The notes below the pieces were generated by a model that did not search any database, was not told where the DNA came from, and was given only the letters and a program-made list of their open reading frames with translations. The position numbers were made by a program, and so were the translations under genes. 64,000 nt of DNA from Harriotta raleighana (Eukaryota): the NCBI GenBank assembly GCA_050575255.1, contig JBNZDD010013618.1, positions 2,669,016 to 2,733,015 of the forward strand. The letters run 5' to 3'. Positions 23,201 through 36,083 of this stretch are shown in pieces. Every line of letters begins with the position of its first letter. Position 1 is the first letter of the stretch.

Positions 23201-26200
23201 GTAAACACTTATCCTCCAGAAGGGGGTACTCGTATTCAAAACAATTTTATTGAAAATGGTGTCCTACATAAGGTAAAACTAAAGACAATTGTAAGAATGG
23301 AAAGCAAAGCATACCTGAGTTCTTCCATTTCAGTTTTCTTCTTCATTTCTTCTTTTTCTTTCCTTTTCATCTCTTGCATCTGTGCTTTTTTCTCATTGCG
23401 TTCCTCTCGTTCTCTGGATTCTTTTTCTGCTGCTAAATCTGGGAATCGCTCATCTTTTGTTTTTTCTAATCGGTTTAACATTTCATTGATCTTTTTCTCC
23501 ACTGCAATTATTCTTACCTTAAATCAAATGTTACACTTATTGGAGAACAATGAACATCTAATATAATAATCAAATTGATAGCTAAAATAGACAAGTTTAC
23601 TTTTTAAAAAAATCTACTTATTTAAAAGCTTATTGAATTTTGCCTAGAACATACAACTTGTCTGCTTTGGGACATTTTGATATATTGAAAAGGGCATGAA
23701 ATACACAAAAAAAAAGTTTCTATCAAGTGTTCCTCTTGAGAATAATGCTGATGAGAGCAGTAAATGGTCTCAAATTTATGATAGCCCCAGAGCAGTTCAA
23801 CAGTGAAGTATTCACAGCTTCCATAGAGCACCAATAGATGTTCCAACATTGTAACAGGGGAAATCAATTTGTTTTGATCAGCTCTGTGCTGCATGCTAAA
23901 ACCTATTAAAGTACCATGCTTAGGAGTATCCAAACTTTAAGGTTGTATGTATTCCATCCAAACATTGAAATTTTTCCTGGGTTTGGAATGGAATACACAT
24001 CCTCTCCCCCAAGGAACACATCCTTGGAACACATGCTTACTTAGCTCAGAAGAGTGTTTGGTTGGCCAAGGCTTGGAGTTCAAAGATACTTTAGTAAACA
24101 TCAGCTGTTCAAATAAGAGCACATTATAAAACATCTGTTTAAAATAATTCTGTGTGGTTCTGAGTTTGTACAAGGATAAATTATACAATTATAATTGTCA
24201 GATATTTCTTACATCTTTTTGCCTGTAAAATCCTATTTGCCCTACATCCATATCCCCAGTCTTCTTCAGATTCGACCAAGGAGTGTACACAATATTTATG
24301 TTGTTCATTTTGGATCCTGATAAAAAAAAATACAATTAGTATAATTTACATCACTCAGACCTATTGATTGTTTTTGTTATGCAGACCATATCAATTTGCA
24401 GACAAAATATCAAATGTTAAGTACAAGCTTGACTGGAAAGTGGAACAACAAATTACATTTCACAATGTCTTTCACCTCAGGAGCCCCAGGGTATGTAATA
24501 AATCCATCAATTAAGCACAGAATAAAGCATGTATAGCTATGTCAAAAAATTCAAACGTCATTTCTCCACGAACTATACAAAAATAATAAACCCTGGATTT
24601 CATATAGCACCTTATCATGTCTTCGAGACATCTCAAAGCACTTCACAGAATATACTGTAAAGTGAATTGTCAATATATTATCTCTGTGAAACACAGCAAT
24701 TGCACACAGCAATTTCCCACAAACAGTTGTGGGTTGAGTGACAAAAATTATTTTGATTTATTTTGAATGAATTATTACTCACAGAAAAATGATCTGCCAA
24801 TCGACTAACAACTGGGTTCGTACTTACTGCTAGGTAAACAGAGGCATCTGATGTAAGGAAACTTGCCCAACGTTTTGCCCTGCTGGGAATCGAACCCAGG
24901 TTCTCTCGTTTGCAAAGCAAGTGCTCTAACCACTAAGCTACAGGTCTTCATAATACAAAACCAAGCACTATGATAATACAGTAAAATAGTTGATTTTAAA
25001 ATAAACTGTTTTTTTCCAACTCATGACTTTAAAACAATGAATAGTACAAGCAAATGACAATATTACCTTGAATACTATTGGCTTTAACAAGTTGTGCACA
25101 GTCAATTAGTACTTCCTTGGGGAGATCATCAATTGTTTGACCCTGGAACACAAGAAGAATCTAAAAACACTGCTTTCAATGCTGCAACATGTTCTGAATA
25201 GTAATTGTGCTCTTGTCTCAAGTACGGAAAGCTGCATTGTGGTCTTCATTGTGGACTTGTGAATATTATTAAAAGGTACCCTCCATCTATTAAGTGTTTT
25301 GCTAATTCCTGGATTTGATGAAATGCACATCATGTAACTCAAAACTTTATATAGCACCATCAACATAAGGCAACACCTCAATATGCTTATTAGAAATGGT
25401 GCAGAGAAGGATGGCAGCAATTTACCATAGACACCGACAAAGAGGTAAGTTTCAGGAATCTTTTAAACACAGGATGAAGGTACTATATTTAGGAAGAATA
25501 TTCCAGAAGATAACAATGTAGTGTCTGTGGCGTGGATGAGAGCTGAGTTCACCACATGGAGAGGGACGAGTAAGAGCACAACTGAAGAAGGTCAGAAGTA
25601 AGTGTCTTTTTTTTAGGTGAAAATGAAAAACTTTACTGGTAGACAATGGAGCTGGGGGATAATGGCAAGCATAGCTTAGAATATCAGTGGCTATCCTTTG
25701 AATAAACTGGAGCTTGTGTATAGCAGTACTGGAGAAGCAAGTCAATCGATAAGTTGAGTCTGGAAGAAAAGGTGTGGATAAGGGTTTAGGTTACACTGAG
25801 AAGGACAGAAGCAGGCAATGTGGAAGATGAAGAAAAACAGTCTTAATTAGAGACTGGATGTGAAGGGAAAAGAGCAGAGGGTCAAACAGAATGTCAAGAT
25901 TTACACAGGCTCAGCAAGGGTCTGATTGAAGGTATCATACCTTGTGTAATCGAAGGTAGACGTGAGCTGAAGACAATTTATCCACGTGAAACCTACAAAA
26001 TTTAAGCAATTTAAGTCAGACCTAGACCAACATCACCGATTAGACTTGGGTCCAAACTCCACCCACTAAAATACTATCAACTGTTAGATTAATAAAGGAT
26101 TTAATCAACTTTATTTTGGTAAACGGCAACAGAAAAGATGGAAACAATATGTGAAACTCACATTGAAATAAGTAATCGAATATAATAGAATAGCCAAAAA

Positions 26201-29200
26201 AAACTGCAACATACCAAATATCTTCTGGCCACCCGTACTTTATTAGGTCTTCATCTGTTATTTTCAGAAAAAGCAAAAAAAAGTGTTACAGTATATGACA
26301 GATGAAAGAGGATTGATCAGTCTATCACCCATCCACGACACCAGGGGCTGACTTGTGAAAAGCACTGCACAAATGTAATTTATTGTCGCTGTTGAAAGAA
26401 TTCCAAGTTGTTGAATGCTATATATTAAAAATAAGTCAAAAATGAGTGCAGGCGCACTTTTCTGTGGAATCCACTACAAACACCGCCCTGTACTACAAAC
26501 CTGTACACACATTGTGCTAGGCCTTGGGCCTCTGTGCACTGTTTGCTAATCACTGCTACTGTGAGCGGAGCTGCTCCAGTCGTGCAAATGCTGCGAAAGT
26601 TGGGATTGCAGAAATGTCATGAGCGGGAAATCGACTTCGCCCGGCGCCCAAACTAAACTGAGCTCCTGTGACAAATTCTTGGTAAGTGCTATATATAATT
26701 CAAATTAACATTTTTAGTGTTTTAAAAATAACTACATGTTATAACTTTCACAAAAGCTCATTAGCACCAATCAACACTCCGTAATTTTCCACAACATTCA
26801 TCAAATATCTCTGCAAATTGGAGCAATTATTTCTGGACTTTTCTATTAGCCCAGGTGGTAACCTTTGCAGGATATTCTAAAGTGATGTTTCTTTCTCTAC
26901 CCAATCCTATGCATTAGAAATTACAAATATGATGTTTTGAATCTTGGTATCTTTGAGAAACTGCAAATGATCAGAAAACCACAAGAAATAAAATTACATT
27001 TATAGAGCGCCTTTCATGTCAGGAGGGTCCCAAGGCACTGAACAGTCAGGGGTTCGGAACCGAGCGGGGTGGGGGGTGGCAGGGTGGAGAGGAGGGAGAG
27101 TTGGGAGGTCGGCATATGGTCCGATCGAAGAGCAAGAAGGGAGAAGGAAAAATAAGGAATTAATTCAAGGTGCAAATTAAACAGTGATCAAAGTAATTTT
27201 GCACTTCAATTCCAAACTCCCATACATATTGAAATCAATTACAATACTTAACTTGAGATTCAAAAACTATCAGAATTGCTAACCGAAAGAAAGCAATTAT
27301 TTAAATCCAAATCGTTGCGTGCTTGTAAAGTCACATGCTACCTTCAGGCAGATATCTGAAAGTGGTCTGGAAGAACAGTACTGATCTAACACAGTGACAT
27401 TAAGGACAAGGATGAAGGTTAATGAAAGCCCAAATTTGTGTGTATCCTTTGGAGCATCCCAACATGTTGAAAGCATTTCCTCATTGAGAAAGAACCAGCC
27501 AAAATTATACAATACAAGCAACGTTTTTTCCCTAAACACAATCCTCATAGATATGTGCATGTAAACATATCCACACAGACTGAACAAAATTAAGACAATG
27601 TGAAAAATAGAAATCACCAGAGATAGCAAGTTGTACAGGAACAGACAAGATATAGAACAGATATTCTCACTGCTGTATACTTCATTATACTGACCATGGT
27701 CAAAAATGAAAATTAGGTGGCACTTACAGGTTATTCTAAATGTTTCAATCTAAACATAGATGTGTAGATGGTAGTTTAGTATAGCAATAATGAGTTGGAT
27801 CACCAACAGTCAAACGTTATGCCAACAATTCTCTGCATTTAATTCTCTAATCTGAGTTGTATTGGTATGGAAAAATACAAATAAAGATCCAACAGGATTT
27901 TTTTGTGTGTGATTGGAGGTAAAGGAAGAATGAGAGTGAAGAGAAATCATCTAAAGGTAAACAAAAACAATCTAATAGAACTACTTGTAACATTTACATG
28001 TCATTTAAACATAAACAAAGAAAGTTCTGAACCTAGGCCTCAACCTCATGCAATTTTATTGTTCTCATGACATAGGCTAAGATAGTGAATGTGGGGTATA
28101 TCCAGACACTTACTTTCATATTTATCCTTTCCCATATATATTGTGTATGATGGGGAAATCACTGTAAAGAAAAAAAAGTTTAACTTGAGACATTTAAAAA
28201 AATGCGAACAGCAATGCATTAATTTCATTCCTAACTATTGAATGAAACTAGGAAATTGCAAAGGTCAATAGTACTATTTGAGACACCAAAAGCAACGATT
28301 ATTATATATTATACATATATCTAATCCCTTACTTTTCGCGTATCCAACAACAACAAAATGACACTTGTATAGCGCCTTTCACGTCGGGAGGACGTCCCAA
28401 AGCACTGAACAGTCAGGTCGGGACCCGAGCAGGAGGGAAGGGTAGGGGGAGGGGGAAGGAGAATGGGAGAGGGGGAAGAGTCAGTGGGGGAGCTGAAGAG
28501 GAAGGTCTTGAGACCTGCCTTGAAGGAGGAAAGAGAGGAAGCAAGGCAGAGGGACTGCGGAATGGAGTTCCATAATGTGGGGGCAGAGAGGCTGAAAGCC
28601 CGGCCACCGATGGTGGGGCAGTTAGGGCGGTGGATGCCCTAAATCCTTTTTAAACATTTCAATTGATTCTGGCTTCATTGATTCTTAATTTTCCATTTTA
28701 TCCAAGACATTCTTTAACTGTAACTTCATTAATTATATACATTTATTCATTTTATAGAGTATTATTGCCTCCACTGACACGCAAATCACAAATGACTGAG
28801 AAAATTGGGAGAGCAATTGTTTTTAATCTCTCTCAACATCTGGGCACTGAGAAGTGAACACGAGCTAAACCTGTTGTTTCTCCCCCATTGCCATTGTTTT
28901 GTTTCTCTTAATATAGTGCATGCTGTTCCAAAACCAGTTTCCATACCTCTATTCAGCAAGCACAGGTCTAACGCAACCAGTAGCTATACTTTTTTAGCCG
29001 TCGGTGTACACACCCTTTTTAACAGCCACTTCTAAGTGATTTTAAATCTATTTTAAAAAATGCATTACCAATTTCTGCAGTCCTGTGTGTTGACTCAAGT
29101 GCATTTATCAACACCTCAGTAAGCAGCCCACAGCTTCACACTTCGTTGGTAAATGTACAAGGAATCTATCAGAGTCCATGTCTAGCTCAGTGGATAGAAC

Positions 29201-32200
29201 ATTCGCCTTGCAGGCGAGAGACCTGGGTTGAATTCCAGACAAAGCGAAACCTTGGGCAAGTTTCCTTACTGCACACACCTAATAATAGTCCCTCGAAAAA
29301 ATACAATAATAAATTGGTCATTTCTTTCCACAACTGTTTCTGGGACACTGCTAGGCGCAATTGGCTACCACGTCTTGTACACAAACATACAGTCAATTTA
29401 CAGTATATTCTGTGAAGCACCTTTGAGACATCTAGAAGACGCAAAAGGCGATATATCAAATGCAAGGATTATTATTATTAATATCAGGAATCTTTTTGGG
29501 CCAACAAACCCATACTCAGAGGCCACCCTTACATAATGTCCAGTCCCGAGTGGTTACTGAAAATGATTCCAATATACCAGGGAGCTTGTTTTATCAAGTT
29601 CTACATCGTTGCTGAATACAATTAGGTTCAGTTGGATCCCATTATAGTATACTGTACTTTGATACACCCCATATAGTACGAATGAAACCAGAGAACACTG
29701 GAAATGCAGTATAGCACAGCGAGCAAACCTCCCAAAAACCACTGAAAACACTCAATTTCAGTAGCCAGCTTCCTGCATTTGGACTCTCAGCGGGTCGATA
29801 GCATAATCAATTTTATTGTGGGGCCTGATTTTATGTACCTAAACCAGAGTGTTATAACAGGATCTGAATGGGATGCCTACTGCAGATTTACAGACATTGC
29901 AACATCAATTTGTACATTGTGTGTGGATAACAACCAACGTAAAAACAAAGCTAATCGCATGTCAAGATGTGAGCTAAACTTCACAGAATACGAATGTATG
30001 AAAAGCATACACTTGCTTTACATTGGAATTATATCCAAATAAACCGGAATGTTTTAAATAGGCTTACGATAGAAACAAATTTGGACTGGGGTCTTGTCCA
30101 AAATAGACATCGTTCAAAATTATCCGCCATTCAAATTAATCAGTCTCCACTGTGCTGTACACTTTACCACAATCCAATAAAACTTGGAAATTTTAAAAAA
30201 GTTCTGACAATCTCCCGTAACATTTATTAAGATAAAGGCAAAAGTCATCTGGTACTTTAGTAGTTTTTTGGAATACAAATTTTGTGTTCAATTATTATTC
30301 CAATTTTCTCAATAGAGTAAAACTTTGTTTATCAGGCACCCAACCAACCGGAACGCTCAACCAACCAGTATCTTCCAATACAATTCTCCATTCCAGCAAA
30401 TGGATCTCATAACTGAGCCATCCGGCACACTCCCGGTGGCGCATTTAGTGAGTCTATTTTCTCACGAGAGTAGTTCTGAATGCTGCCGGTAGTGGCTTAA
30501 AAGTGGCACTGACGGTTTTTCCTCTTAAAGTGGCACTTTAAAGGAAAAACCGACAGTGCGGCTTTAAGCCACTACCATCCACCATTGTAGAAGTTGGCTT
30601 TGTGATTGTGTGCTGTGTTTATAGATTATAATCGATATTTATTGCTTTATTGGTTAGTATCCATACAATATTCCATTATTATTCTAAATTATTATTTAGT
30701 CTATTATTAGTATGGTATGTTTAAAAAATAAGTTTTTTTTTGTTGGTTTTTTTTGTTGCAATAAGTTGCCGCTCGAATATCCTGCATATTTGATTAACCC
30801 GCATTGGTCATGTCCCGAGGATGTCGGATAACAAAGGTTTTACTGAATTAAGAGCAGACCAGGATTCAAACCAATTAGCTCTTGGTCTGTAAGCTTCAAC
30901 AGTATCCACTGCACCATTGGGGCTTCCCTATAGGATTAAATAAAGCTAACACCAACAAAAAAAACTTTTAATTTATATCCTAGAGGATATCCCAAGGAAT
31001 AGGTTAAAGTAGATTAGAATTGTTCAATTTTCAACCATCAGTAACACTATATAAAATAGCCAGCACACATTAAAGTTGAAACAAGATACCCAGTTCTAAA
31101 CAGAAAGCAGGTGTATTGAACAAAGATTTTAGAATGTTTGATAATCATTCAATATCCTTTGAACCAGTCCGATTTGTCATATTAGTACAGTATGTTAGCC
31201 CTCCATGGCCTCGCCCCAACTTACATCTGTGACCTCCTAACCCCCCTAACAATAACAACAAAATTATACTTATAGAGCGCCTTTCACATCAGGAGGATGT
31301 CTCAAGGCGCTGAACAGTTAGATCGGGACCCGAGCAGGGGGTTGGTTCGGGGTAGGGGAAAGGACTGTAGGATAGGGGGGAGAGTTCAGGGTCGAAAAAG
31401 ACACCCAGATTCCTGACTGGCTTCGAGAGTGGAAAGTGCAGCCTTGAATGCTGATGTTGTCAGCGCCTGAAATGAGAAGGCGCTGACGCGAGCCAAACAG
31501 GAGGCTTCTGGCTTGTTGATGTTTAGTTGGGAGGAAATTGTCCCTCGTCCAGGACTCAATGTCGGACAGACACAAAGTCAAAATGCAGTAGTCCTGGAGT
31601 CGAGGTAGAGTTGGGTAATGTGTCATCTGCATACATGTAGAAATTTACCCCATGTCTGCGGATGATGTCACCGAGGAGGAGCATGTAGACGGTGAAGAGC
31701 GGGGGGCCAAGGACAGAGCCCTGGGGAACACCGTATGTGACTGCGAGAGCTGGAGGAAAAGAGACGAAGTGAACACGGTGTGAGGTATGATCGGAATCAA
31801 TCAAGGACAGAGCCCTGAAGGCTGAGGAGGGAGGAGAAGCAGTGGAGGAGGATTGTGTGGTCTACGGTGTCAAAGGCGGCGGATAGATTGTTCTGAAGAC
31901 AGTTCTCTCCACTAACTCTGTGACCTCCCATCCCCCTACCGACCTGCCCTCCATTCAGCTCAGCAGGCTCCAGCCTGCTCCATGTCCCCCAACCCACCTG
32001 CCCCACCATTGATGGGTGAGTCTTTAGCCACTTTGCCCCCAACCTCTGTAATTCCATCCTACAGTCCCGCTGCCTTACCCCTTCCCTGGCCTCCTTCAAG
32101 ACCCTCTACTTCGATGGTCCCATCGGTCACTCCAAATCCCACCCTTCTCTCCACCCTCCCTATCCTCAGCTTGTCTCTGAAACAATGACTGTCCAGTACC

Positions 32201-34402
32201 TTGGGATGTCCTCCTGACCTGAAAGGCGCTGTAAATGTAATTTTATTGTTATTCAGAAGGACCCATATTAATTACCTTTCCTTACCTGAGTAAACTAGTA
32301 CCACCCAAAATACCATTGTACAATACAAATTTATATACATAGCATGCCATTCATGGCACGAAGAAATACAAACCTTAACAATATCTTGGCACCCGAGGTG
32401 CGTGGAGTGGGAACATAAGAATAATCCTTGCATTTGATATAGCGCCTTTCACATCTTCTAGACGTCCTAAAGAGCTTCACAGATTATATTGTAAAGTAAA
32501 TTAACTGTATATTTGTGGGCGGAACGCGGCAGCCAATTGCGCACAACAGTGTCCCACAAACAGTCATGGATTGAAATGTCCAATTTTATTAATGTGGTTT
32601 TTTTGGAGGGAATATTATTATTATTAGGCGTGTGGAGTAAGGAAACTTGCCCAAGGTTTTGTCCTGATCTGCCTGGATTCGAACACAGGTAAAACGAGTG
32701 CTCTTGTAAAACGAGTACTCTAACCACTGAGCCACAAGAGCTCCACACCACCGAACATTATCGAACCCAGTCAAAGACGTAGGTCTTGAGATGGACCTTG
32801 ACCTTCAACAGGGTGAACGATGGCACAAGCCGGAGGGAAACGAGGATGGTGTCCAGGGTGTGAGGGAGCAGAAAGGCTGAAAGCCTGCCCAATGCCGATG
32901 GGGTACAGAAGAGGACATGAAGCAAGCCAGTTTGCCTGCTTCAAAGTTTTCAGTCTCTGTCCATTGAGCAAAGGGTGTGGCTGGGTTGGTGGAATTACGT
33001 AAGATGCAGATATCCTGTAGTGATAACGACAATATTAAATTTGATATCTGGAGAGGCAAAAGCTGAATGATGAAAGGAAACCTAGGTTTGTGGGTGAGAG
33101 GGAAGATCGGTTTGTGAAACTTGTTGCAGGAAAGGACATGGGACTAGAGTACAGATTTGTAGGAAAGAGATGGGTAAGCTGGCAATCATAATTTTCAGAT
33201 TCAAGCTTGGACCTGAATGATTAAACGTCGCTACTGTAATTCCTCAGCTAACAAAGCAAGGCTCATGTGCCCACTGCACATTGAGTCACCACTACTGCAT
33301 AACTATTTATGTGATTTATAGGTGCACTGTCCATATATTTGAGCAATTTATATGTAGTATTAGGATTGTAACTATTTGAGGGACTCGAAAGAACTCAAAC
33401 AAAATTGTAGTAGTTTATGGATAAAATCTGAAACCAAATTCTTTCCATCCCAATTCTAAACTGAATGTTGCTAGAGGTTACTAAAATTGCCAGATAACTT
33501 GACTTCACACTCAGTCACGGAAGTTGAACAAAAATTCGCAAGAAATAATCTCCATTTACGATTTAGTAACAATTAAAACATGTGCTTGACTATTTTTAAA
33601 CCAAAATAATTTCTCATTTCACAATGTTTTCAATGCTCAGAATTTTTTTGTAAAAAAAACTATTTTTAACGCAGTCTGTGACACTGTCCTGTGTGGAAGA
33701 CACATGAGTGCGAGTTATTGTTTAAGATGGATACATTAAACTGTTATTTCTGCACACCATAATTCAAATTATTATTCTGTCAAGGCTGGTATATATTATA
33801 AAATGTGTTTCCTCAGCAGTTATGCAGTAGATCAATGTGCAGTGGGATAAAAATGACTAACTGATTAGCTATCTCCTGCAACATATTATATACAAGATAA
33901 TAATATCAAATACAAGGATGATTAATATTGAATCCCCAGGGTAAAGATTTCACGTGTCCCCCACCCCCTTGAATGAAGAGGTTTAAACGCACAATTCCCT
34001 ACAATCTCCTTCCTTCGCGAGAATTTATCGTTTGAAACAGGAATGCAGTAGTAATAGAGATTATTATTGTTATGGAGCACAATTATGCGTTATAATAAAA
34101 TAACACAGTTCCTGTAGTTACAGATGGAAATTCACTATCCAAGTGACCCACCAGACAATTACCTGTAAAACTGTGTCTGTCTGCAATGTCTGACCCCACC
34201 CCCCCGGTAGTGCGGCGGGGGGGAGGGGGAAGCCGTCAAAGTAACACCCCGAGAGGCCTAGGCCTGGGCCGCAACACAGCCATTCCCTATCCCAGGATGA
34301 CTCCCCGCTTACAGCGAAGTACAGTCAATTAGTCAGTGGGTTGGTTAGTTAGTTAGTCCGTCCGTTTACTCGCTCACCGTTGCTGGTAAAGTAGTAAACC
34401 AT
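20269..34402 (-). CDS. CCDC25: Coiled-coil domain-containing protein 25 (NFACT-R domain), 208 aa, 9 coding exons
   Basis: Exons 34402-34378 (MVYYFTSN), 28161-28114 ([11 protein letters not shown]), 26254-26215 ([14 protein letters not shown]), 25992-25941 ([17 protein letters not shown]), 25142-25067 ([13 protein letters not shown]), 24316-24213 ([23 protein letters not shown]), 23517-23315 ([18 protein letters not shown]), 21606-21561 ([15 protein letters not shown]), 20301-20269 ([10 protein letters not shown]). All introns GT-AG and phases match; total 627 nt. Confidence 0.98.
22278..23020 (-). mobile_element. L2-clade LINE 3' fragment, degraded
   Basis: Remnants [58 protein letters not shown]. 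Confidence 0.85.
24583..24945 (-). mobile_element. tRNA-derived SINE, longer/older variant
   Basis: On - : TGTAGCTTAGTGGTTAGAGCAC, GGTTCGATTCCC, plus an extra internal segment shared with the copies at 40680-41030 (-) and 16540-16840 (+). Confidence 0.75.
29174..29480 (+). mobile_element. tRNA-derived SINE, full length
   Basis: TAGCTCAGTGGATAGAAC, GGGTTGAATTCC, core, ATT tail. Confidence 0.8.
30315..30845. mobile_element. Tigger-like MITE, family 2
   Basis: Ends GAGTAAAACTTTGTTTATCAGGCAC ... GTCGGATAACAAAGGTTTTACTG. The interior (AGTCTATTATTAGTATGGTATG) is the reverse complement of sequence in the copies at about 42060 and 46935. Confidence 0.7.
31318..31890 (-). mobile_element. L2-clade LINE reverse-transcriptase fragment, frameshifted
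   Basis: Translates [55 protein letters not shown] and CLSDIESW, which are L2 RT motifs, across broken frames. Confidence 0.9.
32419..32745 (-). mobile_element. tRNA-derived SINE, full length
   Basis: Same A box, B box (GTGTTCGAATCC), core and ATT tail as 48950-49265. Confidence 0.85.
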
Positions 34403-35200
34403 ATTGTTGTTGTTGGCGGCGGCGGCCGTTGGTCTGAGCCACTTACCCCCGCTCGAGCGGCCCACACTGACGCGCTCACTGCGCACGCGCAACCCCCACC
34501 TCAACGGACACCGCCGGCGCCCCTCACTGCGCGCGCACGCACAGCCTTCCCTCCTCTCCCAACAAACACAGGAGTCGCTGGGGAAACTCAGCGGGTCGGG
34601 CAGCACCCATGGAGAGAGAGAGAGGAGAGCGAGTCAACGTTTCGGGTCCACTCCGGCAGAACTGGGGCGTGTTTGGAGGGAGAGGTTTTTGAGGACGTTA
34701 GAGGTGGGAGGGGGAGGCAGGACATGGAAGACAAGGGAGACAAAGAAAAAAAAGTGTGTAAACTGATGGGTTGAGAATGTGATAATCATATACGGGTGAG
34801 AAACAAAAGGGGGTGGGTTTGAGCGAAACTGGGGAGAAGAGGCGTTTAGTGATGACAGAACAGACAAGACCCCAGAGAGGCAGGGCAAGGGGTGGTGGGG
34901 GGGGTGTCTGGAGTTATGATTGAGGCTGGTGGTCAGTGGTCAGTGAGGACCCAGGGGGCACCCCCATTGCGATTCCGGGATTCCCTCCGCAATTCAAATT
35001 GGAGCGGCGGAGGGCGGGAGAGGGACGGCCGACCGCTATTGGTGGGCTAGCGGCAGCGGGGGGGGCGGGGCTGTGTGGGTATTAGCCAATGGGGGGATCG
35101 GAAGGGGGCGAGTCACTGGGCAGAAAGGCCTAGAAGGTGTGTTTTTTTTTGGCGGTGGAGCAGCGCGGGAGGGAGGAGGTCTGACTGACTGACTGACTGT
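34190..35200. promoter_or_regulatory. CpG-island bidirectional promoter of CCDC25 (-) and ESCO2 (+)
   Basis: CpG/GC-rich island in an AT-rich background between divergent start codons (34402 on -, 36084 on +). NRF1-like TGCGCACGCGCA 34480-34491, CHR (TTCAAA) 34993-34998, CCAAT boxes 34998-35002, 35038-35042 and 35086-35090, GC box about 35062-35070. Confidence 0.8.
34559..34750. mobile_element. Penelope-like pLTR remnant with a decayed hammerhead core, inside the bidirectional promoter
   Basis: TCGCTGGGGAAACTCAGCGGGTCGGGCAGCA matches about 47740-47770. 34631-34745 is the reverse complement of about 47790-47908. The minus strand reads AGTT-CTGCCGGA-GTGGACCC-GAAACGTT-GACT. Confidence 0.65.
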
Positions 35201-35414
35201 TATTAATACTAATAACACCATTACATGGGATTATTTCTTTACTTGTTTACTCTTTAGTTTGTGGGAGAAAGGAAATCCCTCCCCCACTCCCCAGAGTAGA
35301 GGGTCTGAGGGGGAGGTTATCCTTGAGGACAGAGCGGAGCAGCTGATCAGGGCTATTCTCCCCCCCCCCCAGCCTCCCTCACCCCCTCCTCCTCTGCTCG
35401 CTTTTCGGCGCGTA

Positions 35415-35740
35415 AAGGAAGAAAGGGAGGGAAAGGGAGTGTGAGAGGAGAGGGAGTGAGAGAGAGATAGGGAGGGAGTAAGTGTGTGTGAGAGGGAGTG
35501 TGAGGGGTGGTGTGAAAGTAAGTGTGAGGGAGGGAGAGAGTAAGTGTGAGAGAAAGACGGAGTGAGATAGGGAGTGAGAGAGAAGTGTGTGAGAAAGACA
35601 TGGAGTGAGAGATAGGGAGTGTGAGGGAGAGAGAGAGAGAGGGAGGGAGTGTGAGGGAGAGAGAAAAAGAGGGAGGGAGTGTGAGGGAGAGAGAAAGAGA
35701 GGGAGGGAGTGTGAGGAGGGGGTTGGGGGGGGGGGAGAGA
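35415..35740. repeat. Purine-rich (GA/GT) low-complexity tract with 30-bp tandem units
   Basis: GAGGGAGGGAGTGTGAGGGAGAGAGAAAAGA-like units at 35615-35715. Almost no C on the + strand. Confidence 0.85.
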
Positions 35741-36083
35741 AGCTGAAGCACAGTGCGGCCCCCCCAGGTAACCGTAAAGATCTAACGTTTCATCAAGTCA
35801 GGGGAGCGTCCTCCCCTCCCCCCATCTCACCCATTCCCCGCCAATAATCCTACCATGAAATTGGTTATTCACTCCCTGACTGATTGTGGGACATGACCTA
35901 CAGAATACACAGTCACTGCACTTAACAGTAAAAACAACATCTGAAAAGTTTTACCTCACAGACATAGATTCTACTGGTTTCTGCCCGTTGTCACCGTGGC
36001 CGGTCAGTCTCCGGTGTGTTTGCTTGTGTGGCCTTCGGTAATACAATTGTGTTTTATTTTTCTACCAGTTTTGAAGAAGAAAG

